The translations under genes were made by a program, and so were the position numbers. A model generated the notes under the pieces. It was not told the DNA's origin, did no database searches, and saw nothing but the letters and a program-made list of their open reading frames with translations. 64,000 nucleotides of DNA from Azolla caroliniana (lineage: Eukaryota; Plantae; Polypodiophyta), in assembly GCA_043228905.1 (NCBI GenBank), contig JBHGNT010000001.1:27652001-27716000 (forward strand), read 5' to 3'. This document shows, piece after piece, positions 1-10,400 of this stretch (positions within the stretch are counted from its first letter, which is position 1; every line of letters starts with the position of its first letter).

Positions 1-60
1 TATTGACATCGTCCGTTTTTTTGCTTCTAGCCGCCGACGCTCCCGTTTGAATCGCTCAAA

Positions 61-2441
61 CTAGAGTTGTGTTCCGAGCTTATCATCATCAAGTCTTTCA
101 ATCAGCCTCCGAGCGGCTTCGAGGTGAGCTCCAACCAAGGAAAAGAAGTCGTCTGCCAACTCCTCCCGGATAGTGACAATACTTTCTTCATCCATCTTGT
201 AAATGTTGTCATCGGCCTTTTTCCAGTTTTCTGCATTTGCTTGGAGGACCTGTAATTCCGCCGCTTGTCGCGACCATTGAGTCCACCAGCCCACCGAACC
301 GTCGTAGATATTCCTCTTTGTCTGGTCCTTCCATGCCTTCACCATTGCCTGGATCCGACCCACTCTGAGCTTTGACTTGTCCTCCTTCATCTTCTTAATG
401 AGGACTGCGGTAGCCTGAGCCTACACTTCATAGCTCACCAATTGGGTTTGGTAGGTTGATTGGACCCTATCCAAAGCCATTTTTGTCTGTTCTACTTCTT
501 CATAGTGCTTCTTGCTCAGCTCCGTTTTGTCCATTGCCGCTTCTACAAGTGCCTTCACCGTAGTAACCGCCTTGGTTTGTTTGTTCACATGCGCCTCCGT
601 TTTCTTGGCCTATTCCATCTGGATTTCTTTCACCTTTTCTTGTTGCCTGTCAAATTCCGACCCAAGCTTCTTATGTTCGGCGTCTAGTTGCTTGTGGTCC
701 CGGTGCAACTTTTCAAAATCCTTTTCAAAATCTTTTGTTTTCTGCTTTAGCCGACAGTTTATCTGGGAGCGCGCTTGGTCCTCTCTCTCCTTGTACTGCT
801 AGATTTCTTCTTTCAACCGTTCTATTTCCATTTCCGCCATTCTCCGGAGTTTATCCTTTTCTTGCATCAGCTTTTCTCGCTCTTCCTTCAGCCAATCATT
901 ATTAGCTTGACTTTTCCAGATATTTTCTTCCAGTCTCTGTTTTTCCTCTTCGGTTGCCCTCTTCTAATCCCTTTCTCTACCTCGTAGCGCTTCTTGAGCA
1001 GCTAATTCTTCTTTTAGTGTTATCATTTCCTACTCCCGCTCAATGTCATTTGCCGGGGTTGTACTAACCTCTGGTTGTGCATCTGTTTCCAAAGCTTCCA
1101 TCTGTAGATTAGCCGGTGGCATCGGCTCCATTGCTACACTTGTAGTTTGGCCCATATTGGGCATGATGGTCATGCATTATTTAGCCTTTTTCAATTCTTC
1201 CTCCAAGCTCCAGGCTCCGGATCTATGTCCGGGCCTTCTCTAATTCTTTGGTTGTGGCTAGCAACCGTTTCGCCTAACTTTCGACTTGCTGTTGTTCATC
1301 CTCCATCCAGTCGGCCACACCGGATACTTGCTCTCCGAGCCACTTTAACCATTGGCGGCATGTTTCGTGTTGTGTTAAGGTAGGAAACTGCTGCACTGGC
1401 TCCGGTCTTGGTTCGTGCTCCTTCTTGAGCCAATGGGTCAACGGTTCCAATATTCGCTCCGGACGACGTTCCTCATGCTGTTGCGCTTAAAGACTCGGTG
1501 AGGTAAGTCTCTCTGTAACCGGTTCCCATTGAGCTGTTGTCACTGCGTCTGGTCTTATTACCGACTCTTCCTCCGTCCTGGGTTCTACCACCGTTGAGTA
1601 GGTCTTTGAGGTATTGTCCTACTCCGAACCCAATCCTTCCCCTTGCTGCTCCATGTCGCGCTTTCTTGGGCGACGTTGAAGGGCTTCGACTAGTTTGTCT
1701 TCAACCTCTTCCTCTGTGGTTTCTTGGTTCACCCTCTGGACCAGGTCGTCTGTGTCCCTGTCCTGCCGGTGCAACTTGATTTTGATTGGTTTGGTCATTT
1801 TCTCTGGAACTGGCTCCACTGGCTCCTGTCCTGGGTCGTTTGTACTTCTTCTTGTTGAGATGATTCCCCTACCGTCCATCCGGGGTTGTGCTTTGACAGG
1901 AGCTGTTACCGTTGGGATTCCTTATACGGTGTGGTTTCCGGCCAGGTCCGCATCTTCGGCTTCATGGCGTGTGTTGGGGGTACCAATAATGTTAGCCATT
2001 GGGCTAACCCGCACCATGCCTTCTTCCCGTTCGCTATGGATGCGATGCCTACTCATAGAGAGGTGGCTATAATTACCGGCCAATCCACCTTGAGTCCTTC
2101 AAATGTTGCTATGATAAGTCCGGCCTGATTCTTTAGCATGGCCCGTGGTCGAGGATGCACAAATCCATATTCTAATAAAATGCGAGCCACCTCCCTGAAC
2201 AAGGGATTCTTGCTGCCTTGTGTTCGGTACACTTTGCTGACGATGGAGTACTCCATGAAGTATTCTGTCAGGATTTCTGTGGAGGGGTTCTCGATGGAAT
2301 ATAATCTCCCGACAAGTAACCAAATGAGGGCTTGGATGGTGCCTTCAGAGATCTCGTCGAGGTCAATCTTTGTTGCGATCTTCTCCGGTTCTTCATGTGG
2401 TGGCGCATCTGCTACCCGGAGAAATCCTTCCAAACCATGTT
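61..2441 (-). pseudogene. Disrupted extra ORF (ORF3, env-position) of element A1; its 5' part continues at ~13462-13620 beyond the copia insertion
   Basis: Peptide GLEGFLRVADAPPH..FREVARILLEYG..IIATFEGLKVDW (2053-2441) aligns by eye with GFEGYIQIAEVPPH..FKEVAKFLLEVG..VINTFEGRAVDW (32973-33400); E/K-rich coiled-coil-like coding follows (~60-1100). Confidence 0.6.
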
Positions 2442-2446
2442 TGTTG

Positions 2447-3056
2447 TGTTGGGAATCGACGCTTCGATTCACCTTCACCACTCGGCCACAACCGAGTAAG
2501 CGCGAATCAATGCAGCAGAAAATAGGAATCACAGAGAGAAACACACGAATACACAGGGATTAACGTGGAAAACCCTAGATGGGAAAAACCACGGGAGTAC
2601 AAGACTCCAAACCAACACTATACAAAGAGAAGTATACAATGGCGAGCTGCAAGGCGACGACCTTGAGCTCGCTGTCCTCGCCACAGGCGGCGGAAATACA
2701 CAGAGGCGTCGTCCTCTTCCTCTCTCACGCTCTATCTCTCTCTCTCTCTCACGGCTGCTCTCTCTTCACTCCTCTTTAGTGGAAAAACAGAAAAAATGAT
2801 CAACAGCATTAAAATTGTTTGCCCTAAGTCATATTTATACACATATGACTTTGGGGCTATTTACAACTATAGCCTCAGGGGCCCTTGGCAAACATATTCA
2901 CAGATATGTCCCCGCATCCGGATCTCTCTCCGGGTACATTCGTCATCCGGCTCCGAAGCCGGGGTCTTCATCATCCGGTTCCGAAACCGAAACCGGGCTT
3001 GTCGGCATTCCGTCCGACATCCGACCATCCCATCCGAAGGGACCGTAATCCCAACA
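2447..3056 (-). repeat. 3' LTR of copia element 1
   Basis: Direct repeat of 12847-13456; PPT (minus strand GTGAAGGGGGAG) adjacent at ~3059-3070. Confidence 0.95.
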
Positions 3057-3066
3057 AACTCCCCCT

Positions 3067-5826
3067 TCACTTCGGCATGGGATGTCTCTCCAATCCGATC
3101 CTCTTCCGGCATGCTTCCAGCTTGTCGGGTGTGAGGACCTTGGTCAGCATATCCGACCCGTTCTCGTCCGTGTGGATCTTTGTCAGCACGAACTCCTTGT
3201 CTTCTATCCTTTCCCGGATCCAGTGATATCTTTGCTGGATGTGCTTCGTCCGGGAGTGATAGGCCGCGTTCTTCGCAAGGTGGATTGCACTCTGACTGTC
3301 GCAGTAGAGTCGGTACTCCTCCTGCCGGATCCCGAGCTCTCTTATGAAGTCCTTCATCCATATTATTTCCTTGCCGGCTTCAACAGCCGCCATGTACTCC
3401 GCCTCCGTGGTTGACAGCGCAACCGTCTTCTGCAGCCTCGACTGCCATGAAACAACTCCCCCTGCATACGTCATCACATACCCTGATGTGGACCGGCTGG
3501 TATCTGCATCAGCCGACATATCCGAATCGGTAAAGCCGTCGAGTTCGGGCTTGCCGGAGCCGAATCGGAGGCACACGTTTGCCGTGCCCTTCAGGTATCG
3601 GAGTATCCACTTGGCCGCGTTCCAATGCTCTTTGCCGGGATTGCTCATGTACCGGCTCACCACTCCGACTGCATATCCTATGTCCGGTCGGGTACACACC
3701 ATCGCGTACATCAAGCTCCCGACGGCAGAGGCATATGGTACTTTCATCATGTCCTCCTTCTCAGCCTTTGTCTTGGGGCTTTGCTTGCTGGACAGCTTGC
3801 AGTTTGCCGGGAGGGTCGATCCGACCGGTCTTGCTTCCGACATGTTGAACCGGTGAAGCACCTTCGTCACGTACTTCTCCTGTGACAGCCACAACTGCTT
3901 CTTGCTCCGGTCCTGGATGATGTGCATCCCTAGTATTTGTCTCGCCGGACCCAAGTCCTTCATTGAGAAGGTTCGGTGAAGAGCCTTCTTCAGCATCCGT
4001 ATCTTGACCTGGTCCCGTCCGACGATCAACATGTCGTCCACGTACAGGAGGAGTATTAGAAAGTCTCCTCCTTCGAACTTCTTCACAAACACGCAGTGGT
4101 CGGACTGCGTTTTGAGGTACCCTTCGTCGGTCATGAAGGAGTCGAACTTCCGGTACCATTGCCGGGGAGCCTGCTTCAGTCCGTAAAGGCTCTTCTTCAA
4201 CCGGCATACCAGGTGCTCCTTCCCTTTCTTCTCGAATCCTTCCGGTTGCTGCATGTAGATCTCTTCTTCGAGGTCACCGTGAAGGAATGCCGTCTTCACG
4301 TCCATCTGTTCTACCTCGAAGTCCATGCTTGCCGCTATGCTCAGCACCGTCCGGATGGAGGTCATCTTCACTACCGGGGCAAATATCTCGTCGAAGTCGA
4401 CGCCCTTCTTCTGCTGAAACCCCTTCACCACGATCCTGGCTTTGTATCTCGGGGGGTTTCCGGCATCTCCCGGCTTCAGCTTGAACACCCACTTGTTTCG
4501 AAGTGCCCGCTTTCCTTTCGGCAACTCCACAAGTTCATATGTGTGGTTCTCATGCAGGGAATCCATCTCGTCCTGCATGGCACTCAACCACCTGCGGCTC
4601 TGGGTGTCGTGCTTTGCTTCTTCAAAGCTCTCCGGCTCCCCCTCGTCGGTTAGCAGCACGTACTCTGGATCCGGAAATCTCCGGGGGGCCCTCCTCTCTC
4701 TTAGAGGATATCTCCGTTCGGGAGCTTCGGTAACCGGTTCTTCCGATTCTTCTTCTTCATCCGAATCCATTTCGGGATCGGGGCCGGTTCCGGTATCATT
4801 TTCATCTTCTTCGGCCGGTTCTGTTTCTTCACCGTCTTTGGCCGGATCCTCGAGTGCTAACTGGTCCCTTGCCGGTCGGGACTGCTCCTCGTAGAGTTGA
4901 TCCTCACCGGTCGACTTGGAGCTCTTCATCTTCTTCTCCGACTCCCAGTCGGCGAGTGTCTTGTTCTCCATGAAGATGATATCACGACTCCGGAATATCT
5001 TCTTGTCGACCGGGTCCCATACTCGGTAGCCGAACTCATCGTCGCCGTAACCGAGGAATATGCATGGTCGGGTCTTTGGATCTAGCTTTCCTCTCCGGTC
5101 CTTTGCCACATGCACGTATGCGAGACACCCGAACACCTTTAGATGCCGGTAGGATACTTCCCTACCGGTCCACACTCTCTGCGGCGTGTCTCCGTCCAAA
5201 GGTACTGAGGGTGATCTGTTTATCACGTATGTCGCCGTCGACATCGCCTCAGCCCAAAACCCCTTAGGTAATTCCGCATGCGCCAGCATACTCCGGACCC
5301 TCTCCATTATGGTCCGGTTTATCCTCTCGGCCAGCCCGTTTAGTTCCGGCGTCTTCGGCACAGTAAACTCGAGTCGGATTCCCTTCGAGCGACAGTACTC
5401 CTGGAACTGCCCCCGGTATTCCCCTCCGTTATCCGCTCGTATCGCTTTCAGCTTCTTGCCGGATTCCCTTTCCACTCTCGCGTGGAGTTCTTTGAAATCG
5501 CACAACACTTGGTCCTTTGTCTTCAACGGTGCCGTCCACAGCTTCCGGCTGTGATCATCAATGAATGTTACGAAGTACTGGGCTCCGCCATGTGACTTCG
5601 TTTCTACCTGACACACATCAGTGTGCACCAACTCCAATGGTGCGCTACGTCTCGTCGGTGGCCTTGAGTGGAAGGAGGTTCGGTTCTGCTTACCGGCCAG
5701 GCAATCGGTGCACTTCTCCAGGTGCACATGCTTCACTGGAATAAGGTTGTCTTCTGCAAGCCTCTTCATCCCCTTCTCACTCATGTGGCACAGTCTTTTG
5801 TGCCACAGCTCACCGGCAGTGTCGGC
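3067..5826 (-). CDS. pol: Copia pol 3' part (integrase, RT, RNase H), separated from its 5' part by the nested chromovirus
   Basis: LWHKRLCHMS zinc finger, LVHTDVC..ADNGGEY..LAER integrase core, MDVKTAFLHG and YVDDMLI RT motifs, FTDSD..TEAEY RNase H. Confidence 0.93.
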   Translation of the reverse strand, partial: ADTAGELWHKRLCHMSEKGMKRLAEDNLIPVKHVHLEKCTDCLAGKQNRTSFHSRPPTRRSAPLELVHTDVCQVETKSHGGAQYFVTFIDDHSRKLWTAPLKTKDQVLCDFKELHARVERESGKKLKAIRADNGGEYRGQFQEYCRSKGIRLEFTVPKTPELNGLAERINRTIMERVRSMLAHAELPKGFWAEAMSTATYVINRSPSVPLDGDTPQRVWTGREVSYRHLKVFGCLAYVHVAKDRRGKLDPKTRPCIFLGYGDDEFGYRVWDPVDKKIFRSRDIIFMENKTLADWESEKKMKSSKSTGEDQLYEEQSRPARDQLALEDPAKDGEETEPAEEDENDTGTGPDPEMDSDEEEESEEPVTEAPERRYPLRERRAPRRFPDPEYVLLTDEGEPESFEEAKHDTQSRRWLSAMQDEMDSLHENHTYELVELPKGKRALRNKWVFKLKPGDAGNPPRYKARIVVKGFQQKKGVDFDEIFAPVVKMTSIRTVLSIAASMDFEVEQMDVKTAFLHGDLEEEIYMQQPEGFEKKGKEHLVCRLKKSLYGLKQAPRQWYRKFDSFMTDEGYLKTQSDHCVFVKKFEGGDFLILLLYVDDMLIVGRDQVKIRMLKKALHRTFSMKDLGPARQILGMHIIQDRSKKQLWLSQEKYVTKVLHRFNMSEARPVGSTLPANCKLSSKQSPKTKAEKEDMMKVPYASAVGSLMYAMVCTRPDIGYAVGVVSRYMSNPGKEHWNAAKWILRYLKGTANVCLRFGSGKPELDGFTDSDMSADADTSRSTSGYVMTYAGGVVSWQSRLQKTVALSTTEAEYMAAVEAGKEIIWMKDFIRELGIRQEEYRLYCDSQSAIHLAKNAAYHSRTKHIQQRYHWIRERIEDKEFVLTKIHTDENGSDMLTKVLTPDKLEACRKRIGLERHPMPK

Positions 5827-6257
5827 TGTCATGAGATGGCAAGACTCGAACCCATGACCTTATGGTATATGGGTCGAGCTCTTAACCATCTCACCATCTA
5901 TTGTAATTCATAGAATATTATTTTCATTTATGTTTTATTATAAGAAAGTAATGTATATTCCAGATTTCTCTGGAACATTCTAGAAGCTTCAGGATTATTC
6001 CTGAGAACACTATAAAAGAAGGCACTAAGCATTATGTTGAACCAAATTGGTTCAACACCAGTCTTAAGCCTCTTAGTCGATTTGTACTTATCTTTCATAT
6101 AATATAAGAGCTGCTGTCATCATCCTATTTCCCTCTCTCTCTCTCCTCTTCTCACTTCCTCTCTCTCGGGAATCTTACGCAGTCCCGTCCTCTTAGTACT
6201 AATAGTACTACTCTTCTTAGTACTAATTCCATCTCTGTTTTAGTACTATTCCTGACA
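5827..6257 (+). repeat. 5' LTR of chromovirus 1
   Basis: TGTCA...TGACA termini; TATA box TATAAAA at 6011-6017. Confidence 0.96.
5957..6017 (+). promoter_or_regulatory. Heat-shock element array plus TATA box in U3 (duplicated in the 3' LTR at ~11195-11255)
   Basis: Perfect GAAcaTTCtaGAAgcTTC at 5973-5990 inside 10 phased alternating nGAAn/nTTCn units at 5957-6006; TATA at 6011. Confidence 0.75.
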
Positions 6258-6271
6258 GTTTGAACCAATTT
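6258..6271 (+). promoter_or_regulatory. Non-tRNA (self-priming) primer binding site
   Basis: TTGAACCAATTT (6260-6271) is the exact reverse complement of AAATTGGTTCAA (6044-6055), ~33 nt after the TATA start; no TGG tRNA-type PBS is present. Confidence 0.8.
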
Positions 6272-6326
6272 TTTCCTCTAGCCTACTTGTCACTCTCCCT
6301 CATCCTCCTACCCTTTCCCCTATACT

Positions 6327-7484
6327 ATGGCTACTGTTAGCGCCCAAGAATACCAATCCGTTTTCTCCGAGCTACAGTGCCTAAAAGAAAAGTTTGTTGC
6401 CTTGGAACAAGAAAACCAACGGCTGATAGGGGATCTGCAACAAATCGCTCTAGAAAAACAACAAACGCAACAACAACATGGGGAGTTAGCGTTACGGGTA
6501 CAACAACTCGAAGCAGCGTTGCAACAACAAGGATCCAGTCCCCAAGGATTTCATAAAGAGCCCAAGATTGGACTTCCTGTGAAATTTGATGGAACGCGTT
6601 CGCAATTTCGGGGATTCCTTAATCAGGTACGCTTAGTCATCCAGATGCATCCTTCCCGATATCCCACTGATGCATCTCGAGTCGGCCTAATAGGCACGCT
6701 ACTTAGCGGCTCAGCCTTGGCATGGTTCGCTCCGCTTCTAGAAAAACAATCGCCCTTGCTTAATAACTTTGAAGATTTTATTGGTGAGTTTAAAGCCTGC
6801 TTTGGAGACACCGACAGCATCAGGACGGCGATCAACAAGATCCGGCGATTGCGTCAAGGCGATCGTCCAGCCTCTGCCTACGCGGCGGATTTCCGCCTAC
6901 TTGCTTCAGATATACCCTGGGATGATCAAGCACTAATGGAGCAGTTTCGCTATGGCTTGCGAAACGATGTCAAAGATCTACTTCTAACTTTCCCCGAAGA
7001 ACCAAAGTCTCTTACGGAGGCAATCAGTCGAGCAGTTCGATGTGACAACCGCCTTTTTGAACGGCGTTCAGAACGCCAATTACAGATACCACGCTCTAGG
7101 CCAGAGCCCACTTACGCCGCAGTCGCGGCTAAACCGTTTGCACGAGACATACCTCAAGCAAATACTTCGACACCGATGGAGATCGATACCATGCGTCGAC
7201 GCGGCCCGTTATCGGAAGAAGAAAAGCAACGACGACGTGCCAATCGATTATGCCTTTATTGCGGTGGACCAGGACATATCGCCATCAATTGTCCCCATAG
7301 GCCAAGAAGACAGGTAAATCAAATTGTCGCCTGTACTAAACCTGAGTCAATTCTTCCCTTCGGAGTGTCTGATAGTAGTAATAGTACTAATAGAGTGTCA
7401 GATAGTATTCATAGTACTAATAGCCCAAGTATCTCAAATAAATTTGAAATCCTTAGTCAATTAGATGAAGAGTTAAACGATTGA
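6327..7484 (+). CDS. gag: Chromovirus Gag (coiled coil, capsid, zinc knuckle)
   Basis: 385-aa ORF with PVKFDG, PMEID and CLYCGGPGHIAINC motifs. Confidence 0.95.
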   Translation: MATVSAQEYQSVFSELQCLKEKFVALEQENQRLIGDLQQIALEKQQTQQQHGELALRVQQLEAALQQQGSSPQGFHKEPKIGLPVKFDGTRSQFRGFLNQVRLVIQMHPSRYPTDASRVGLIGTLLSGSALAWFAPLLEKQSPLLNNFEDFIGEFKACFGDTDSIRTAINKIRRLRQGDRPASAYAADFRLLASDIPWDDQALMEQFRYGLRNDVKDLLLTFPEEPKSLTEAISRAVRCDNRLFERRSERQLQIPRSRPEPTYAAVAAKPFARDIPQANTSTPMEIDTMRRRGPLSEEEKQRRRANRLCLYCGGPGHIAINCPHRPRRQVNQIVACTKPESILPFGVSDSSNSTNRVSDSIHSTNSPSISNKFEILSQLDEELND

Positions 7485-10400
7485 GTCCAGCCAAAATAGG
7501 AGCCATTTGGTTGGACAACAGCCCTAGATCTGTACAGCCCATTAGTGGTTCCATTCCTTCCAAGCAAGTTAGCAATGTGTTCCTAGCCCAAGTCATTGTT
7601 AGTACTAAAAGTACTCCCCCAGTACCCGTCCTAGCACTTCTAGATTCCGGAGCTAATTCCTGTTTCATGGATCGAAATTTTGCCCAAGCTTCTCAGATAT
7701 CCTTAAGAAAACTTCCTTGTCCCGCATCTGTAGTGGTCATTGATGGTCGTCCCATTGCTTCCGGGAATATTGTAGAAGAATCAGAACCCATTCAAGTTGT
7801 CCTAGGTAGTTTTGTGTGTATAATATCATTTAATATAATTAGTAGTCCAGAGCATCCCATTGTCCTAGGATTACCTTGGCTTGAGTTACATAATCCAGCC
7901 ATAGATTGGAGAACAAGAGAAGTCCGATATCGACCACCCCAAGAATCAACTCGCCGAGTTTCGACCATTTCACTCCATCAACTACGCGAAGAAGGACCCA
8001 AGGAGGCAATGTTCCTATTTTCCATATCAGTACATCCTTCCAGCACTATTAAGAAGGACTCCTCAGTACAACTTCCGGCAAAATATCATCCTTATGCCGA
8101 TGTATTTGACAAGGTAAAAGCCGGTACCCTTCCTCATCACCGTCCCTATGACTGTCCCATCGATTTACAACCAGGAACCGAGCCACCATGGGGACCAATT
8201 TACAACCTGTCACCCACCGAGTTAGAAGTCCTTCGAGCCTACATAGAGGAGAACTTGGCAAGCGGGTTCATCCGTCATTCGAAATCTCCGGCCGGTGCAC
8301 CCATCTTCTTTGTCAAGAAGAAAGATGGCTCACTTCGTCTTGTCGTTGATTACCGCGGATTAAATAAAGTCACCATCCGGAATAGGTATGCACTTCCTCT
8401 TATATCAAGTCTTTTAGAGCGAGTTAATGGTGCCAAGTTTTTTACTAAAATCGACCTACGCGGAGCGTATAATCTCGTGCGGATCCGACCGGGAGATGAG
8501 TGGAAGACCGCTTTTCGCACGCGGTATGGGCATTTTGAGTATACTGTTATGCCGTTTGGCCTAACCAATGCACCCGCAGTCTTCCAACACATGGCAAATG
8601 ATATATTCAGAGACCTCTTGGATATCTGTTTGATCATTTATCTGGATGATCTGTTGATTTATTCGAAGACCCAGGAAGAGCACGACTCTCATGTACTATT
8701 AGTACTAAAGCGACTCCGCGAGAATGGTCTTTATGCCAAGCTAGAAAAATGTAGCTTTGACTGCAAGCAAGTGGAATTTCTAGGCTACGTCATCTCCTCA
8801 AAGGGCATCGCCATGGATCCAGCTAAGATCCAAACTGTACTAGAGTGGCAAATTCCACGGTCGGTACGAGATGTACAATGTTTTCTAGGTTTTGCTAACT
8901 TCTACCGTAAGTTTATACAGGATTACTCGAAGATTATTTTACCTCTCACACAACTTACGAAGAAGGGCCAAGCATTTCTTTGGTCCATTGAAGCAGATAT
9001 GGCTTTTCGGCATCTTAAGAAAGCCTTTACATCAGCACCGATTCTAGCTCATGTGGATACAAGCAAACCATTCATCATGGAGGCCGACGCATCAGATTTC
9101 GCCCTCGGTAGCATCCTTTCTCAACAAGGTGATAAAGAAGAGTTGCATCCGGTGGCTTTCCATTCGCGCAAATTCGATGTCGCAGAAATCAACTACGAAA
9201 TACATGACAAGGAGTTATTAGCCATCGTGGATTCATTTGTACAATGGCGGCATTTCTTAGAGGGCTCTCCACATCAGGTCATTGTCTTCAGCGATCATAA
9301 AAATCTTGCTTATTTTCAGAACGCTCGCGTACTAAATCGACGGCAAGCTCGGTGGGCGCAATTCCTCACGCGTTTCGACTTCAAAATCACATATCGACCG
9401 GGGAAGCAGCAAGGAAAAGCAGATGCACTATCACGACGTTCATATCTTGCACCTCGTCCTGGTGAAGCAACATTTGATAATCAAAAGCAAGTAATCTTGG
9501 GACCAACACGATTGCACACGACGCGGATTTTTCACACCCCGATGGATTCACGGATTACCGATGACATACGTGCAACCTTGAAGACGGATAGTTTTGCTCA
9601 AGACATCCTGGCGCACATTGATACTTCTCGGGCATCCTGTTCTCAGTCTCAACAACCAGGTATTGACTACCGACAATTCGAATATCATGATGGTCTGTTA
9701 TTCTTTAAAAAGCGCGTATATGTCCCCGATTGCTCCTGTCGCCTTCAAATTGTCCAACATTGTCACGACACCCATACGGCGGGACATTTCGGTAGTACTA
9801 AGACGTTGGAGCTAGTGCAGCGATCTTTTTGGTGGCCCCACATGCGCCGTTTTGTCAACGACTACGTTCGGACCTGTGATGCTTGCTGCCGAGCAAAGAT
9901 GCCACGACACCATCCATATGGCTTGTTGGAACCTTTACCAATTCCAAGTAAGCCATGGCAGTCTATTTGTCTTGATTTTATCACAGATCTGCCGGTCTCG
10001 AAAGGGTTCGATGCTATCCTAACCGTCGTCGATCGATATACGAAGATGGCACATTTTGTGCCATGTACTAAAGCCATCACTAGCGAGGAAACCGCCGCTC
10101 TTGTTATGCGTGAGGTTTTTCGGCATCATGGCCTCCCAGACAGTATTATCAGTGACCGAGGCCCGCAATTTGTCTCCAAATTTTGGCAGCATCTCTTCAA
10201 GATGCTCAAGGTCTCCTGCAACCTCTCCTCCGGCTACCATCCTCAAACCGACGGACAGGCGGAACGAACAAACCAAACGCTGGAGCAATATCTCCGGTGT
10301 TTCCTGAGTTATCAACAGGACGATTGGGCCGGGATTCTCCACTTTGCGGAGTTTGCGTATAATAATGCTATTCACTCCTCGACTCGGGTCTCCCCATTTT

